NCBI RefSeq assembly: GCF_041752335.1
Contig: NZ_JBGSHG010000006.1
Coordinates: 5,737 to 69,736, forward strand
Length of the DNA stretch: 64,000 nucleotides
Source of the DNA: Acetobacterium sp.
Lineage (GTDB): Bacteria; Bacillota; Clostridia; Eubacteriales; Eubacteriaceae
Direction of reading: 5' to 3'
The notes under the pieces are model-generated. The model worked only from the letters and a program-made list of their open reading frames with translations. It searched no databases and was not told the DNA's origin. A program made the position numbers and the translations under genes. Shown here piece after piece: positions 40,890-52,020 of the stretch (positions are counted from its first letter, which is position 1; each line of letters opens with the position of its first letter).

Positions 40890-41243
40890 TTAATGACTGC
40901 CCCTGACGGTTCCATATTTCCAACCGTTGATACCGCCAAGATTGTAAATGTTCTGATATCCCATCTTGACCATCTGGCTGGCCGCATTTTGCGATCTGCC
41001 ACCGCTCAAACAGTAAACAAAGATGGTGGCATTTTTATCCGGAAGGATTTTATCCACCGTCTGAATCTGGCTTAATGGGAGATTGATGCTGTTCGGAATA
41101 TGCTGATTGGTATACTCGGTTGTTTCTCTGACGTCGAGCAGCACAATCGCTTCATTGGCATCCAATCGTTTTTTGGCCTCATCCGGGGATATTCTCTTAA
41201 CTGAATTTTTTGATTCTGATTTTCTTGATAATAAGTTTAACAT
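40890..41243 (-). CDS. Rhodanese-like domain protein
   Basis: LLDVRE...HIPNS, YCLSGGRS, LGGINGW. Confidence 0.9.
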   Translation of the reverse strand: MLNLLSRKSESKNSVKRISPDEAKKRLDANEAIVLLDVRETTEYTNQHIPNSINLPLSQIQTVDKILPDKNATIFVYCLSGGRSQNAASQMVKMGYQNIYNLGGINGWKYGTVRGSH

Positions 41244-41459
41244 AATAAAACCTTCCTTTATATAATTTATTGGTGTAAATTTTTATGCTTCTTTGATATT
41301 TCCAGTTTACCGCCTTTCCCGATTTATTTCTGTGATGATGTCACATAGATTCTAAAATTTCTAAATAATTTTTCAGCTATTAATCAGAGCCTCTTCACGC
41401 AATAAACACTTAGTAATATTATCCTGTTTATAATATAATGAGAAAAAGAGGTGAAGTGG

Positions 41460-42131
41460 ATGTATAAGCTATTAATAACTGATGATGAAGAAAAAATCAG
41501 AGCACTGATTAAAAAATATGCAATTTTCGAAGGACATACGGCTATTGAAGCTGCAAACGGGATGGAAGCCGTGGAGCTGTGCCGCAAAGAAGCCTTTGAC
41601 ATTATTATTATGGATGTGATGATGCCGGAACTGGACGGTTTTTCCGCTGTTAAAGAAATTAGAAAAACCCAGAACATTCCGGTGCTGATGCTTTCGGCCC
41701 GGGGTGAAGAATATGACAAAATTCATGGCTTTGAGCTGGGCATTGATGATTACGTGGTGAAACCCTTCTCGCCTAAAGAATTGATGATGCGCATTGATGC
41801 CATTATGAAACGGGCCACCCGGGACCAACCCCAGGAGCACGACATCTTTGTGAAGGACGGCCTGACCGCCGACTTTACCGCCAGAAGAGTCCTCATTGAT
41901 AACGAAAACATTGATATGTCACCAAAAGAATTTGATCTGATTTTTTATATGATCCGGAACAAAAATATCGCCCTGACCCGGGAAAAACTGATTACTGAGG
42001 TTTGGGGCTATGATTTCTACGGGGATGACCGGACTCTCGATACCCATATTAAATTACTTCGCAAAAGTCTCGGGGAATATGCCGCACTGATCACCACCCT
42101 CCGGGGCGTGGGCTACCGGTTTGAAGGTTAG
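41460..42131 (+). CDS. OmpR-family response regulator
   Basis: DVMMP, KPF, winged helix RTLDTHIKLLR...RGVGY. Confidence 0.93.
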   Translation: MYKLLITDDEEKIRALIKKYAIFEGHTAIEAANGMEAVELCRKEAFDIIIMDVMMPELDGFSAVKEIRKTQNIPVLMLSARGEEYDKIHGFELGIDDYVVKPFSPKELMMRIDAIMKRATRDQPQEHDIFVKDGLTADFTARRVLIDNENIDMSPKEFDLIFYMIRNKNIALTREKLITEVWGYDFYGDDRTLDTHIKLLRKSLGEYAALITTLRGVGYRFEG

Positions 42132-42135
42132 ACCA

Positions 42136-43680
42136 TTGAAAAAAAACACAATCTCATTCCAGAAGAAAAACAAGCCCCGCCAAATCAGCATCAAATGGAA
42201 GATTTTTCTTTTTCTGCTGGGCTTTTGCGGCGTATTGCTGATACTGCTGTGGTTTTTTCAGGTGATTTTTTTAAACAGTTTTTACAAGGGCATTAAAATC
42301 AATGAAATCAAAGCGACTGCCAACACCATTGAAAAGAGCATTAATGACGAGAATATTGCCACCATCATTTCCACCGTTTCTGAAAATAACGATATTTGCA
42401 TCAAGGTTTTATCAAGTTCCGGTGATACCATCTATTCTTCCCATGTTGTCAAGGGCTGCATCATCCATAGCAAGCCCGACTTTGATGAAAAAACCCTGCC
42501 CTCAGAGGTGACCAATAATGACGGCGAATTGTTTCAATATTACAATCATGATGGTTACAGCAGAGAAACCGAACCAGAGCCCGCACCCGATTCTGATGCG
42601 ACTCAAACTGATAACACGCAAACTCAGGATAAACCGCCGTCAGAGGAAAAAGAGAAAGAAAAGGATACCCTTATTTACGCTAAAACGATCATCGATGCAA
42701 ACGATGAGGAACTAACCCTGGTGCTTAACTCAATCATTTCCCCGGTGAATGCCACGGTCAATACCTTGCGGGTACAACTTTATTATATTACCGCTTTTAT
42801 GATTCTGTTTTCGGTTATCCTGGCCCTGATCATTGCCAAATGGATCTCCCGACCAATCGAAGCCATCAACAACAGCACCAAAATGCTGGCCACCGGCGAC
42901 TATTCCACCCGGTTTAAGGGTACTGGCTATAAAGAAATTGCCGAGCTCTCAGATACGCTTAACTATACTGCCAAAGAGCTATCAAAGGTTGAGCTGCTGC
43001 GTCAGGAGTTAATTGCCAATATCTCCCACGATTTGCGCACCCCCTTAACCCTGATCAGCGGATATGCCGAAGCAATGCGGGATTTACCGGATGAAAACAA
43101 TTCCGAAAATGCCCAGATTATCGTCGATGAAACCAAACGATTAACCACCCTGGTTAATGATGTCATGGATATTTCGAAGCTGCAAACCGGCAATATCAGC
43201 ATCCATCGCCAACCCTATAACTTAACCGCCAGCCTGAGCGACTCGATTAACCGGATGAATAAACTGATGGAAATGGATGGCTACCAGATTGATTTTGTCA
43301 GCAACCGGGAAGTTACCCTGGCAGCCGATGAAACCCGGATTTCTCAGGCCTTTTACAACCTGTTGACTAATGCCATCAACTATACCGGTGAGGATAAAAA
43401 AATCATCGTCACCCAAACCATCTTCCCAAACCCGGCGGACGATCTGGCTGACTGGATTAAGATCGAAGTGACAGATTCCGGCGAAGGGATCGCCGCAGAA
43501 GACCTTCCCTACATCTGGGATCGCTATTACAAGGTTGATAAAACCCACAAGCGGGCGGTCACCGGCACCGGCCTGGGTCTATCCATTGTCAAATCCATCC
43601 TCGATATGCACCACGGTGATTACGGCGTCACCTCAAAACTCAATAAAGGTTCGGTTTTCTGGTTTACGCTAAAAATTTAA
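42136..43680 (+). CDS. HAMP-domain sensor histidine kinase
   Basis: Two TMs, SHDLRTPL, NLLTNAINY, DSGEG, GTGLGL; start could be 42121. Confidence 0.92.
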   Translation: MKKNTISFQKKNKPRQISIKWKIFLFLLGFCGVLLILLWFFQVIFLNSFYKGIKINEIKATANTIEKSINDENIATIISTVSENNDICIKVLSSSGDTIYSSHVVKGCIIHSKPDFDEKTLPSEVTNNDGELFQYYNHDGYSRETEPEPAPDSDATQTDNTQTQDKPPSEEKEKEKDTLIYAKTIIDANDEELTLVLNSIISPVNATVNTLRVQLYYITAFMILFSVILALIIAKWISRPIEAINNSTKMLATGDYSTRFKGTGYKEIAELSDTLNYTAKELSKVELLRQELIANISHDLRTPLTLISGYAEAMRDLPDENNSENAQIIVDETKRLTTLVNDVMDISKLQTGNISIHRQPYNLTASLSDSINRMNKLMEMDGYQIDFVSNREVTLAADETRISQAFYNLLTNAINYTGEDKKIIVTQTIFPNPADDLADWIKIEVTDSGEGIAAEDLPYIWDRYYKVDKTHKRAVTGTGLGLSIVKSILDMHHGDYGVTSKLNKGSVFWFTLKI

Positions 43681-43694
43681 ATACGCTTCCAAAT

Positions 43695-43728
43695 AAAAGA
43701 TGCACCTTGGGTGCGTCTTTTTTATTTT
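43695..43728 (+). terminator. Rho-independent terminator
   Basis: AAGATGCACC-TTG-GGTGCGTCTT followed by T-run. Confidence 0.7.
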
Positions 43729-43735
43729 CAGAACG

Positions 43736-43789
43736 TTCACCAAAAAAACACAAAGTTAACAAGCTCTTAACAAACTGGTCGCGTATACT
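43736..43789 (+). promoter_or_regulatory. Pho-box-like direct repeats and -10 upstream of VTC gene
   Basis: TTCACC/AACACA (43736, 43747), TTAACA-N5-TTAACA (43756, 43767), TATACT 43784. Confidence 0.55.
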
Positions 43790-43842
43790 TTAGAAAAGCA
43801 GCGATATAAAACAAGCACACAAAACTTTATGGAGGTACTACA

Positions 43843-44634
43843 ATGATCACAAAAACTTTTAAACGCTTTGAAAATAAATATCAGTTAAATGAAAGCCAAC
43901 TCAATCAGCTGATGCCCGTGCTGTTAACTCAGATGAAACCAGATGCCTACACATCCCAAAATAACGGCTATTCGATTTACAATATCTATTATGATACCGA
44001 TAACTACGACATCATCCGTCATTCCCTTGCCAAACCCTATTACAAAGAAAAGCTCCGTTTACGAAGCTATGCGATCCCCACCTCCCCAGATGATCAGGTT
44101 TTCCTGGAGCTGAAAAAGAAAATCGGCGGAGTTGTCAATAAGCGTCGAGCTACCCTCAGTCTTGGTGAAGCGTCCCGCTTTATTTCAAAACTGGAATACC
44201 CCAAAGAAATCAACACAATGAACCAGCTGGTGCTGGAAGAAATCGAAGTTTTCTTAAAAAACCATCCCGTGACCCCTAAAACCTACATCGGCTATGAACG
44301 GATTGCCTTTGTCGGAAAAGACGACCCTGAACTGCGGGTTACCTTTGACTACAACCTGAAAAGCCGGCAGCATAGTCTGTCTCTGGACAAAGGTGATTTT
44401 GGACATTTTCTGATCCCTGCGGATCAATATTTAATGGAGGTTAAAATTCTGGGGGCGATTCCACTATGGCTGACCCACGCCCTGTCTGAACTGGAAATAT
44501 ACAGCAGCAGTTTTTCAAAATACGGAAAAGCCTATCAGGATTACCGCCAGCAAAGTATTGGCAAACTGATCAACCTGCCTATCTACACCAATGGCAATAC
44601 CAATAATAAATTGACACCCTGTGTTAATAACTGA
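43843..44634 (+). CDS. VTC-domain (polyphosphate polymerase domain) protein
   Basis: RFENKY, NIYYDT, KEKLRLRSY, FLELKKK, LRVTFD, MEVK, FSKY. Confidence 0.88.
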   Translation: MITKTFKRFENKYQLNESQLNQLMPVLLTQMKPDAYTSQNNGYSIYNIYYDTDNYDIIRHSLAKPYYKEKLRLRSYAIPTSPDDQVFLELKKKIGGVVNKRRATLSLGEASRFISKLEYPKEINTMNQLVLEEIEVFLKNHPVTPKTYIGYERIAFVGKDDPELRVTFDYNLKSRQHSLSLDKGDFGHFLIPADQYLMEVKILGAIPLWLTHALSELEIYSSSFSKYGKAYQDYRQQSIGKLINLPIYTNGNTNNKLTPCVNN

Positions 44635-44645
44635 AGGAGCATATT

Positions 44646-45335
44646 ATGATTGAATCACTCTTTTCAACCACCCTCACCGAAACCCTCACCATCAAGACAA
44701 CCTTGAGTGTCATTTTCGCGGCCCTGATCATGGGTTTATTTATCAGCTTTGTCTACACCCGAACCCGCGGTAAAGACGGTTATTCCCCAGGCTTTGTAGT
44801 CACCCTGATCATGCTGCCGGCGATTATTGCCATCATCATTCTATTAGTTGGCAACAACGTCGCCCGGGCCTTCAGTCTAGCCGGCGCTTTCAGCCTGATC
44901 CGTTTCCGAAGTGCTCCTGGGGATCCCATTGATATCTCCTACGTTTTCTTTACCCTGGCGGTGGGTCTTGCATGTGGAATGGGTTATATCTTATATGGCG
45001 CCATCTTTGCCGTTATTCTCTGTACGGTAATGGTGATCATCAACGTCACTAAATACGGCCAACCCAAGATCAAAAACATGCAGTTGAAAATCACCATTCC
45101 TGAAGATATTGACTTTCAACACAGTTTCGATGATATTTTAAAACAATATACGGTCAGCCACAAGATTCAGCGGGTTAAAACCAGCGACTTTGGTGCCCTC
45201 TTTGAAATCATCTATTGTATCTGCCTGAAAAATGATGCCGATCAAAAAGAATTTATCGACAAATTACGGTGTCGAAACGGCAACCTAAGCATTGTCCTCA
45301 ATACTGAAATTATCGATGAAAAAGTTTATATTTAA
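44646..45335 (+). CDS. DUF4956 membrane protein
   Basis: GNNVARAFSLAGAFSLIRFRS, GLACGMG; usual partner of VTC genes. Confidence 0.85.
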   Translation: MIESLFSTTLTETLTIKTTLSVIFAALIMGLFISFVYTRTRGKDGYSPGFVVTLIMLPAIIAIIILLVGNNVARAFSLAGAFSLIRFRSAPGDPIDISYVFFTLAVGLACGMGYILYGAIFAVILCTVMVIINVTKYGQPKIKNMQLKITIPEDIDFQHSFDDILKQYTVSHKIQRVKTSDFGALFEIIYCICLKNDADQKEFIDKLRCRNGNLSIVLNTEIIDEKVYI

Positions 45336-45504
45336 TTTTTTTCGTAAAAATATTGCATTTCCACCCACCATCAGAATACAACTGTCCGTCAAAATAGTAC
45401 AATCGTGTCCGATCGGCTGATTTCTTTTATATCTGTCGTCAAAATAAAAACAAAACGCATTGGCGTCACTGTATATGTTTTCATTCGCTGATATTGAGAC
45501 TCTA

Positions 45505-45532
45505 TTGACAATCTTTGTATTTGATTTATAAT
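45505..45532 (+). promoter_or_regulatory. SigA promoter of glutamate synthase-family gene
   Basis: TTGACA-16 nt-TATAAT. Confidence 0.6.
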
Positions 45533-45655
45533 GATAAAGTAAGTTTTTAGTTGAGTATAAAGGTAAATTGATAATTTCCAAAGATGCAAATTATCATAGA
45601 AATTCATCATAAAAATTTGCAGTTTACAAAACAGAATTTTCAAGGGGGAAAATTA

Positions 45656-47248
45656 ATGAATCTTCAACGACCTAATGGCAACGATGCCACAGGAACCTTT
45701 AACCGTTCAAAAAGTATTGTCCCGTCTTCCGGTATCTGTTCACGCTGTGTGGACGGATGTCGTGGAAATTGCGAAGTTTTCAAGGCTACTTTCAGAGGCC
45801 GGGAACTGATCTATCCTGGTCCCTTCGGTGATGTTACTGCCGGCGGCGACAAAGACTATCCTGTCGATTACTCTCATTTAAATATCCAGGGTTATGCCCT
45901 GGGTGCAAAAGGCTTGCCAAATGGCGAAGTGGGCACGCCTGACAATGCCCGTTTTCCCAATGTCAGCACCGAATGTGCCTATGGCTGGGATTCAAAAGTA
46001 GCCATGGATGTTCCGATTTTTACCGGAGCTTTGGGCTCCACTGAAATCGCCCGTAAAAACTGGGATCATTTCGCCGTGGGTGCGGCTATTTCCGGTGTTA
46101 CCATTGTCTGTGGTGAAAATGTCTGTGGCATTGATCCCCGTCTGGTTTTAGACAAAAACAATATGGTCATCGAAGCCCCTGATATGGACCGCCGCATCGA
46201 AGCCTATAAAAAATATCACACTGGCAAAGGTGAAATCCTGATTCAGATGAATGTTGAAGATACCCGTCTGGGCGTTGCCGAATACATCATCAACAAGCAC
46301 AATATTGAAACCATTGAATTGAAATGGGGCCAGGGCGCTAAATGTATCGGCGGTGAAATCAAGGTTAACACCATCGAACGGGCTATGGAGCTGCAACGAC
46401 GTGGTTACATTGTCACCCCTGATCCGATGGATCCAGTTATTCAGGCGGCCTTTAATGACGGCGCCATCAAAGAATTTGAACGACATAGCCGTCTTGGCTT
46501 TATCAGCGAAGAAAGCTTTATGGCCGAAGTTGAACGATTAAGAGCCTTAGGTTACAAACGAATCACCTTAAAAACCGGTGCTTATGGTTTAAGAGAACTG
46601 GCGATGGCAATGAAATGGTGTTCAAAAGCAAAAATCGACCTGTTGACCATTGACGGTGCACCCGGCGGAACGGGGATGAGTCCCTGGCGAATGATGGAAG
46701 AATGGGGTATGCCTTCAATTTATCTGCATTCAGCCGCCGTTGAATTTGCTCAAATTCTGGAAGCTCAGGGCGAACGCGTTACTGACCTGGCTTTTGCCGG
46801 CGGATTCAGCAGCGAAGACGGTGTCTTCAAAGCTTTAGCGCTTGGCGCACCTTATGTTAAAGCAGTTTGTATGGGTCGGGCCCTGATGATTCCGGGGATG
46901 GTTGGTAAAAACATCCATCAATGGATGAAAGAAAACAACCTGCCAAAAACGGTCAGCGAGTTTGGTTCCACGCCAGAAGAAATTTTTGTCTGCTACGAAA
47001 CGGTCAAAGAAATCGTCGGCGCTAAGGAAATCAAAAATATTCCTTTGGGAGCCATTGGAATCTACAGCTACTCCGACAAAATCCGGGTTGGCTTACAGCA
47101 GTTAATGGCCGGTGCCCGATGCTTCAATACCGAAAGCATCACCCGCAACGAACTGATGTCTTTAACTGAAGAATGTGCCAAAGTCACCAGAATTCCTTAC
47201 CTGATGGAATGCGGCCGGGAAGAAGCCCTTTCTATTTTAAAAGGCTAA
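45656..47248 (+). CDS. FMN-binding glutamate synthase family protein (stand-alone)
   Basis: N-terminal CSRCVDGCRGNC, IELKWGQGAK, IDGAPGGTG, KALALGA. Confidence 0.85.
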   Translation: MNLQRPNGNDATGTFNRSKSIVPSSGICSRCVDGCRGNCEVFKATFRGRELIYPGPFGDVTAGGDKDYPVDYSHLNIQGYALGAKGLPNGEVGTPDNARFPNVSTECAYGWDSKVAMDVPIFTGALGSTEIARKNWDHFAVGAAISGVTIVCGENVCGIDPRLVLDKNNMVIEAPDMDRRIEAYKKYHTGKGEILIQMNVEDTRLGVAEYIINKHNIETIELKWGQGAKCIGGEIKVNTIERAMELQRRGYIVTPDPMDPVIQAAFNDGAIKEFERHSRLGFISEESFMAEVERLRALGYKRITLKTGAYGLRELAMAMKWCSKAKIDLLTIDGAPGGTGMSPWRMMEEWGMPSIYLHSAAVEFAQILEAQGERVTDLAFAGGFSSEDGVFKALALGAPYVKAVCMGRALMIPGMVGKNIHQWMKENNLPKTVSEFGSTPEEIFVCYETVKEIVGAKEIKNIPLGAIGIYSYSDKIRVGLQQLMAGARCFNTESITRNELMSLTEECAKVTRIPYLMECGREEALSILKG

Positions 47249-47399
47249 ACATCCTTAACTAAATATTTTTTTAACAGCCGTCTGGATTTATCTTAAAGAT
47301 CAATTCAGGCGGCTGTTTTAATTTGCTATTTTCCTCATCCTTAGGTAAAATGAAAGTAATTAATCAAAAAGTAATTCATCAATCAAAAGGAGAACAATC

Positions 47400-48620
47400 A
47401 TGGGAATAAAAGATCTATTTAAAGATGTTACCGATCTGGCCAAGGAAAGTATTGATTCAATTCAAGCCGATTTAGCCCTTAAAAAAGAAGAACAGGAACG
47501 GTTAAAAGCAGAAATGGATCAGCGGATCAAAACCTATACCGATACCCTGGTGACACAGCTTCTTAACCCTGTGGCAGCACCAGACAGCCCCCTGATCAAT
47601 GCCGGGGATGATGAAGTCGTCGGGTTCACCCGAAATTTCTGTGAGAAACTCTTGTTTCCTGCCAACAGCCCAGCGGCTACCAAAATTGACATGCATCCCG
47701 ATGAAGAAAAAGTTTTGAAAAATGTTCTAAAAACTTTTCCGACCTATAATATCCTGGAAAAGTTCTTGTTTCAATTCAAAGATTCCAAAGGTCAGCTCCT
47801 GCTGCTAACTACCAGTAACCTTTATTTTAAAATACGCTTCCCTGAAAACCAGTCATTTTTTGTGGCGGGCTCCATTCCCCGCGAAAAACTCTTTTCCATC
47901 GCCATCAATAAGGGCGAGGAACACTGTACCCTCATTGTAAATTCCATCACCTTGATCACCACCCCGGCCGAAGAAGTCAAAACCATTGACATCATTACCT
48001 TAACTGAATATCTCTGGCGCCTGACTAACAATGATTTTGTAATTGATGATGCTCAGATTGATGCCTTCATTGCTTCCAAACTGGATCCCACCACGTTGGA
48101 AATTGTCAAAAGCTTTCTGGAGCCTGACGAGATGCTGGTCTATTTTGCCTGGGGACTGGGCAGCCTGGTTTCCAAAAAGTTCATCACCTGTACTAACCGT
48201 AAAATTGTTCTCTACGACCGAAATTTGAGCACAAAAAAAAGTTTTCACTACGACCAGATTGTGTCAATGTCCACCCAACCCAGTACCTTATCTTTCCTTG
48301 ACTTATCCCTGACCCTAGGGATGAATCCCAATGATATGGAGATAAAAACGGCTGATGCCATCGAAACCATCAGCATCCTCTATGCCCTGGAAGCCGAACG
48401 GGTTATCGCAATTTATAACGCCCATAAACCGGCCGGATCCGCCCCGACAGCCCCTGAACAATCGGCCTCTGAGTCGCCTCAAACAGTCACCTCGACCACC
48501 GATCCGCCCCCAGAAGACCCCATCGCCATGATCGAAAAATTGGCTGGTTTAAAAGAAAAGGGCATCATCAGCGAGGAAGAATTCAATCAGAAGAAACAGG
48601 AATTGCTGGCTAAATTATAG
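47400..48620 (+). CDS. Hypothetical protein with PH-like region and C-terminal SHOCT domain
   Basis: C-terminal IEKLAGLKEKGIISEEEFNQKKQELL; TNRKIVLYD. Confidence 0.7.
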   Translation: MGIKDLFKDVTDLAKESIDSIQADLALKKEEQERLKAEMDQRIKTYTDTLVTQLLNPVAAPDSPLINAGDDEVVGFTRNFCEKLLFPANSPAATKIDMHPDEEKVLKNVLKTFPTYNILEKFLFQFKDSKGQLLLLTTSNLYFKIRFPENQSFFVAGSIPREKLFSIAINKGEEHCTLIVNSITLITTPAEEVKTIDIITLTEYLWRLTNNDFVIDDAQIDAFIASKLDPTTLEIVKSFLEPDEMLVYFAWGLGSLVSKKFITCTNRKIVLYDRNLSTKKSFHYDQIVSMSTQPSTLSFLDLSLTLGMNPNDMEIKTADAIETISILYALEAERVIAIYNAHKPAGSAPTAPEQSASESPQTVTSTTDPPPEDPIAMIEKLAGLKEKGIISEEEFNQKKQELLAKL

Positions 48621-48787
48621 AAATCTCACCAATCCGATTTTTGTCAAAAATTAAAACAGAGACCTTCCCCTGATGGGATGGCCTCTGTTTTTTTATTCAC
48701 GCAAGACTGCAAATCGCTTAAATCAGTGCTCAAGTTTATCGCAGACCAGCCTGGCAATCCGCTTCTCCATACAATCGCTTCAATGCG

Positions 48788-51700
48788 CTAGTATTTATCA
48801 AGGTCTTCATCGTCCAGGACAATCTGTGGCTGTGATCGATGCTTTTTTTTCTGTGCATACTTATCTGCAGTGGCTTCTGTATTGCGATTGGCTTTTCCCT
48901 TCAGCTTAAATGCTCCCACCATCTGTTTAAGCATTTCGGCCTGACCGGATAATTCTTCACTAGATGCCGCACTCTCTTCAGCCGTGGCTGAATTGGTCTG
49001 AACCACCTGCGAAACCTGTTCGATCCCCTGGGTGATCTGGGCAATTTCGGAGGCCTGATCGGTAGAAGCCCGAGCAATGTTTCCCACTAAGCTGGTGACC
49101 TTTTCAATTTCATTTAAGATCTCTTTGAGGCTTTCGGCTGTTTCATCGGCAATTTTTATTCCGACGCCAACCTTTTCAATGGAGCCTTCAATAAGACCCG
49201 TGGTTTCTTTGGCGGCTTCGGCGCTTCGGGCTGCCAGCGTCCGGACTTCTTCGGCCACTACTGCAAAACCTTTGCCATGTTGCCCTGCCCGGGCTGCTTC
49301 AACGGCCGCATTCAGTGCCAGAATATTGGTCTGGAAGGCAATATCATCGATCACCTTAATAATTTTGGAAATATTTTGGGATGATTCGTCAATATCCCCC
49401 ATGGCGGAAATCATTTTTGCCATTTGCCCATTGCCAACTTCAGCATTCTTCCGGACGCGCACGGCCAGTTCATTGGCGTCATTGGCCCGGAGGGCATTCT
49501 GTTTGGTTTCACCAGCCACTTCTTCAATGGAGGCGGTTAATTCCTCAATGGAACTGGCCTGCTCGGTGGTTCCCTGGGCCAGTGCCTGACCACCATCAGA
49601 AATCTGTCGGGCCCCGATTTCCACATGAGCAGCCGCCACATCAATCTCCGACATGGTTGTACTCAAGCTGGAACTGATGCCATTGAGGGCATTTTTGATA
49701 GCCAGAAAGTCTCCAGTGTAAGCGGAAGTAATTTCCTGATTCAGATTTCCCCCGCTCATTTCTTCCAGGGTACTGGTAATTTCATTGACATATCGCTTCA
49801 AATTGGCAATGGTCTGGTTCATAGCTTCTTTGATGATGGCATGATCGCCCTGATAATCACCGCTCATGGCGGTATTGAGATTACCCTCAGCCAACTCTTT
49901 GAGGGTTTCTGAAGCTTCGTTAATCGGACGAATCACTGCGTCCAAAGTCTGGTTAAAACCTTCAATGACCTTGGCGTACTCACCAGAAAACTTATCGTGA
50001 TCGCCTCTGAAACTCAGATCCCCTGCCACTGCTGTTCGAGCCATAATCTGAGTCTCTTCGACCAGTATCATGATATTTTCCATCATCCCAATCAGACTGG
50101 GTACCAAGGTGTCATTTTCACTTCGTTTGCCAATGGCTTTCAAATCGTTTAAATCACTGAGTTCCCCCGCTTCAATATGATTGGCGATATTGACAATTCG
50201 GACAAGCTGGTTGTGAACGGAATTAATCGCCTCGCCTATTTCGCCATAGATACCCAGATATTGTTTCTCAATACTCTGACTGAAATCATTCTTACTCATC
50301 AAAGCAAGAATTCGATTTCCTTCTTTCAAAGCCCCCAAACCATCAATACAGGCATTGATACTTTGTTTTAATTTATCGAAATCACCCTCATAGCTCCTGG
50401 TGATTTTCGGTGGTATCTCACCCTGGCCAATCTTGTCTACGTATTCGGCGGCGATATGAAGCGGACCCACGACTGCGTCTAAAGTGGCATTAACCCCTTC
50501 AACAATTTCTTTGAATCCGCCCTCAAAAGCCCGGGCATTTCCTCTTATTTCCAACCGTCCTGAAACGGCTGCCTGCGACAATTGAGTGGCTTCCAAAATT
50601 AAATCACGAATGGTCTGAATCGTCCGTTTAAGCGCCGGGCTGATCTCATCTAATTCATCCGCTGTATCAATATTTGCCGATACATCCCCGGCCGAAATCT
50701 GATTCATGGTGCCGATCACCTTATTCTGAAGATCATCCGCAAACTGATCCATGGCCAATGCCATCTCTCCAATTTCATCCTGTGAATCGAGCTTTACTCG
50801 AATGCCTAAATGCCCTTTTCCCATTTCTTTAATCATATGGTTGATGCTGGCAATGGGTTTAATGATGGAGGTGGAAATCTTGAAAAGGATGATACCCAGC
50901 AACAGAAAAATAATCAGACCGGCAAGGGCAATCAGCAGGATATTTTTTGTGATCGCCGACTGTACCGTGCTCATGGAATACCCAATATTTAAGGCTCCCT
51001 GGAGTTCGCCATTGACCACCACCGGATACAATACATCATAGACCTTTACATTTTCAGCCTCATAAAAATATTCTTCTGCACTCATTTCTCCCTCAAGGGC
51101 CACCTTTTTTATCGCTTCATCATCCTGATAGCTTTTGCCAACGTCATCGATATCACTATCAGCTACCGCAATTAAATTTTTATCAATAAAGCTGGCATAA
51201 ACAATGCTTTCATCGGATACCAGTTCATCAATCAAAGCCTGATAACCGAATTTTTCAGTTAGTTCCAGCACCCGATCGGCCGAAACCCCGGCCTGAACAA
51301 ATTCGCCGGTGTTGCTTCTGATATAACCGTATTTGAAATTTTCATCTGTTTCGGTGCTTTTTCTGATTTCTTCCATCAACTCCGGGGCGCCACCGATCAT
51401 AAAATTATGAATGGGATCCCCCGGCTCGGCCTTCCATCCCAGGTATTCGCCATTGGCGGCATTGATGATCTCCCCTGATGGATTGTACCAATAGATATGA
51501 TCGATCCCTGTTTGCGCGGCCAGCTGGGTTAAATACCCATCGTTGATGCTGGCCCGATTGTCGATGACGATGTTCCCAATACTACGAATCTGGGATTCCA
51601 GCATTTCATTCATAGTTTTTACCGCTTCCGTATTATCTTCAATCCGATCGACAAAACGTTGTGAAGATGAAAACCCGTTTTCTTTCATTTCTGCCAGTAA

Positions 51701-51829
51701 ACTGTTTCGGGTTAAATACGAAGAAATGACACCAATCATTACTACCCCAGCTAATACACAGATGAGTGGGACAATCAATAGTTTTACCTGAATCGACTTG
51801 GATTTCGGGATTTGCTTGTTTTGGTCCAT
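48788..51829 (-). CDS. Methyl-accepting chemotaxis protein
   Basis: Two TMs, HAMP repeats, [20 protein letters not shown]; paralog of 28155-31745. Confidence 0.93.
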   Translation of the reverse strand: MDQNKQIPKSKSIQVKLLIVPLICVLAGVVMIGVISSYLTRNSLLAEMKENGFSSSQRFVDRIEDNTEAVKTMNEMLESQIRSIGNIVIDNRASINDGYLTQLAAQTGIDHIYWYNPSGEIINAANGEYLGWKAEPGDPIHNFMIGGAPELMEEIRKSTETDENFKYGYIRSNTGEFVQAGVSADRVLELTEKFGYQALIDELVSDESIVYASFIDKNLIAVADSDIDDVGKSYQDDEAIKKVALEGEMSAEEYFYEAENVKVYDVLYPVVVNGELQGALNIGYSMSTVQSAITKNILLIALAGLIIFLLLGIILFKISTSIIKPIASINHMIKEMGKGHLGIRVKLDSQDEIGEMALAMDQFADDLQNKVIGTMNQISAGDVSANIDTADELDEISPALKRTIQTIRDLILEATQLSQAAVSGRLEIRGNARAFEGGFKEIVEGVNATLDAVVGPLHIAAEYVDKIGQGEIPPKITRSYEGDFDKLKQSINACIDGLGALKEGNRILALMSKNDFSQSIEKQYLGIYGEIGEAINSVHNQLVRIVNIANHIEAGELSDLNDLKAIGKRSENDTLVPSLIGMMENIMILVEETQIMARTAVAGDLSFRGDHDKFSGEYAKVIEGFNQTLDAVIRPINEASETLKELAEGNLNTAMSGDYQGDHAIIKEAMNQTIANLKRYVNEITSTLEEMSGGNLNQEITSAYTGDFLAIKNALNGISSSLSTTMSEIDVAAAHVEIGARQISDGGQALAQGTTEQASSIEELTASIEEVAGETKQNALRANDANELAVRVRKNAEVGNGQMAKMISAMGDIDESSQNISKIIKVIDDIAFQTNILALNAAVEAARAGQHGKGFAVVAEEVRTLAARSAEAAKETTGLIEGSIEKVGVGIKIADETAESLKEILNEIEKVTSLVGNIARASTDQASEIAQITQGIEQVSQVVQTNSATAEESAASSEELSGQAEMLKQMVGAFKLKGKANRNTEATADKYAQKKKHRSQPQIVLDDEDLDKY

Positions 51830-52020
51830 ACCAAGGTTCCTTTCGTTTACATCATGATGTTGTTATTTTTAGCATCGCAATTGCTTTAAAAAATTTAACA
51901 TTTTATCATCATTCTTAATGAAGCATGTTAGACCCACAGCTTTTTCTCCGTATCTACCAGATGAAAGCCGCATGATACTGATACTTTTTTTCTGCGGTCA
52001 CTTTCTGGTACTCGCATTGA

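Noticed and set aside
51860-51900. Sigma-28 promoter for the second MCP
   Set aside because: TAAA...GCGATG has off spacing and a weak -10 match
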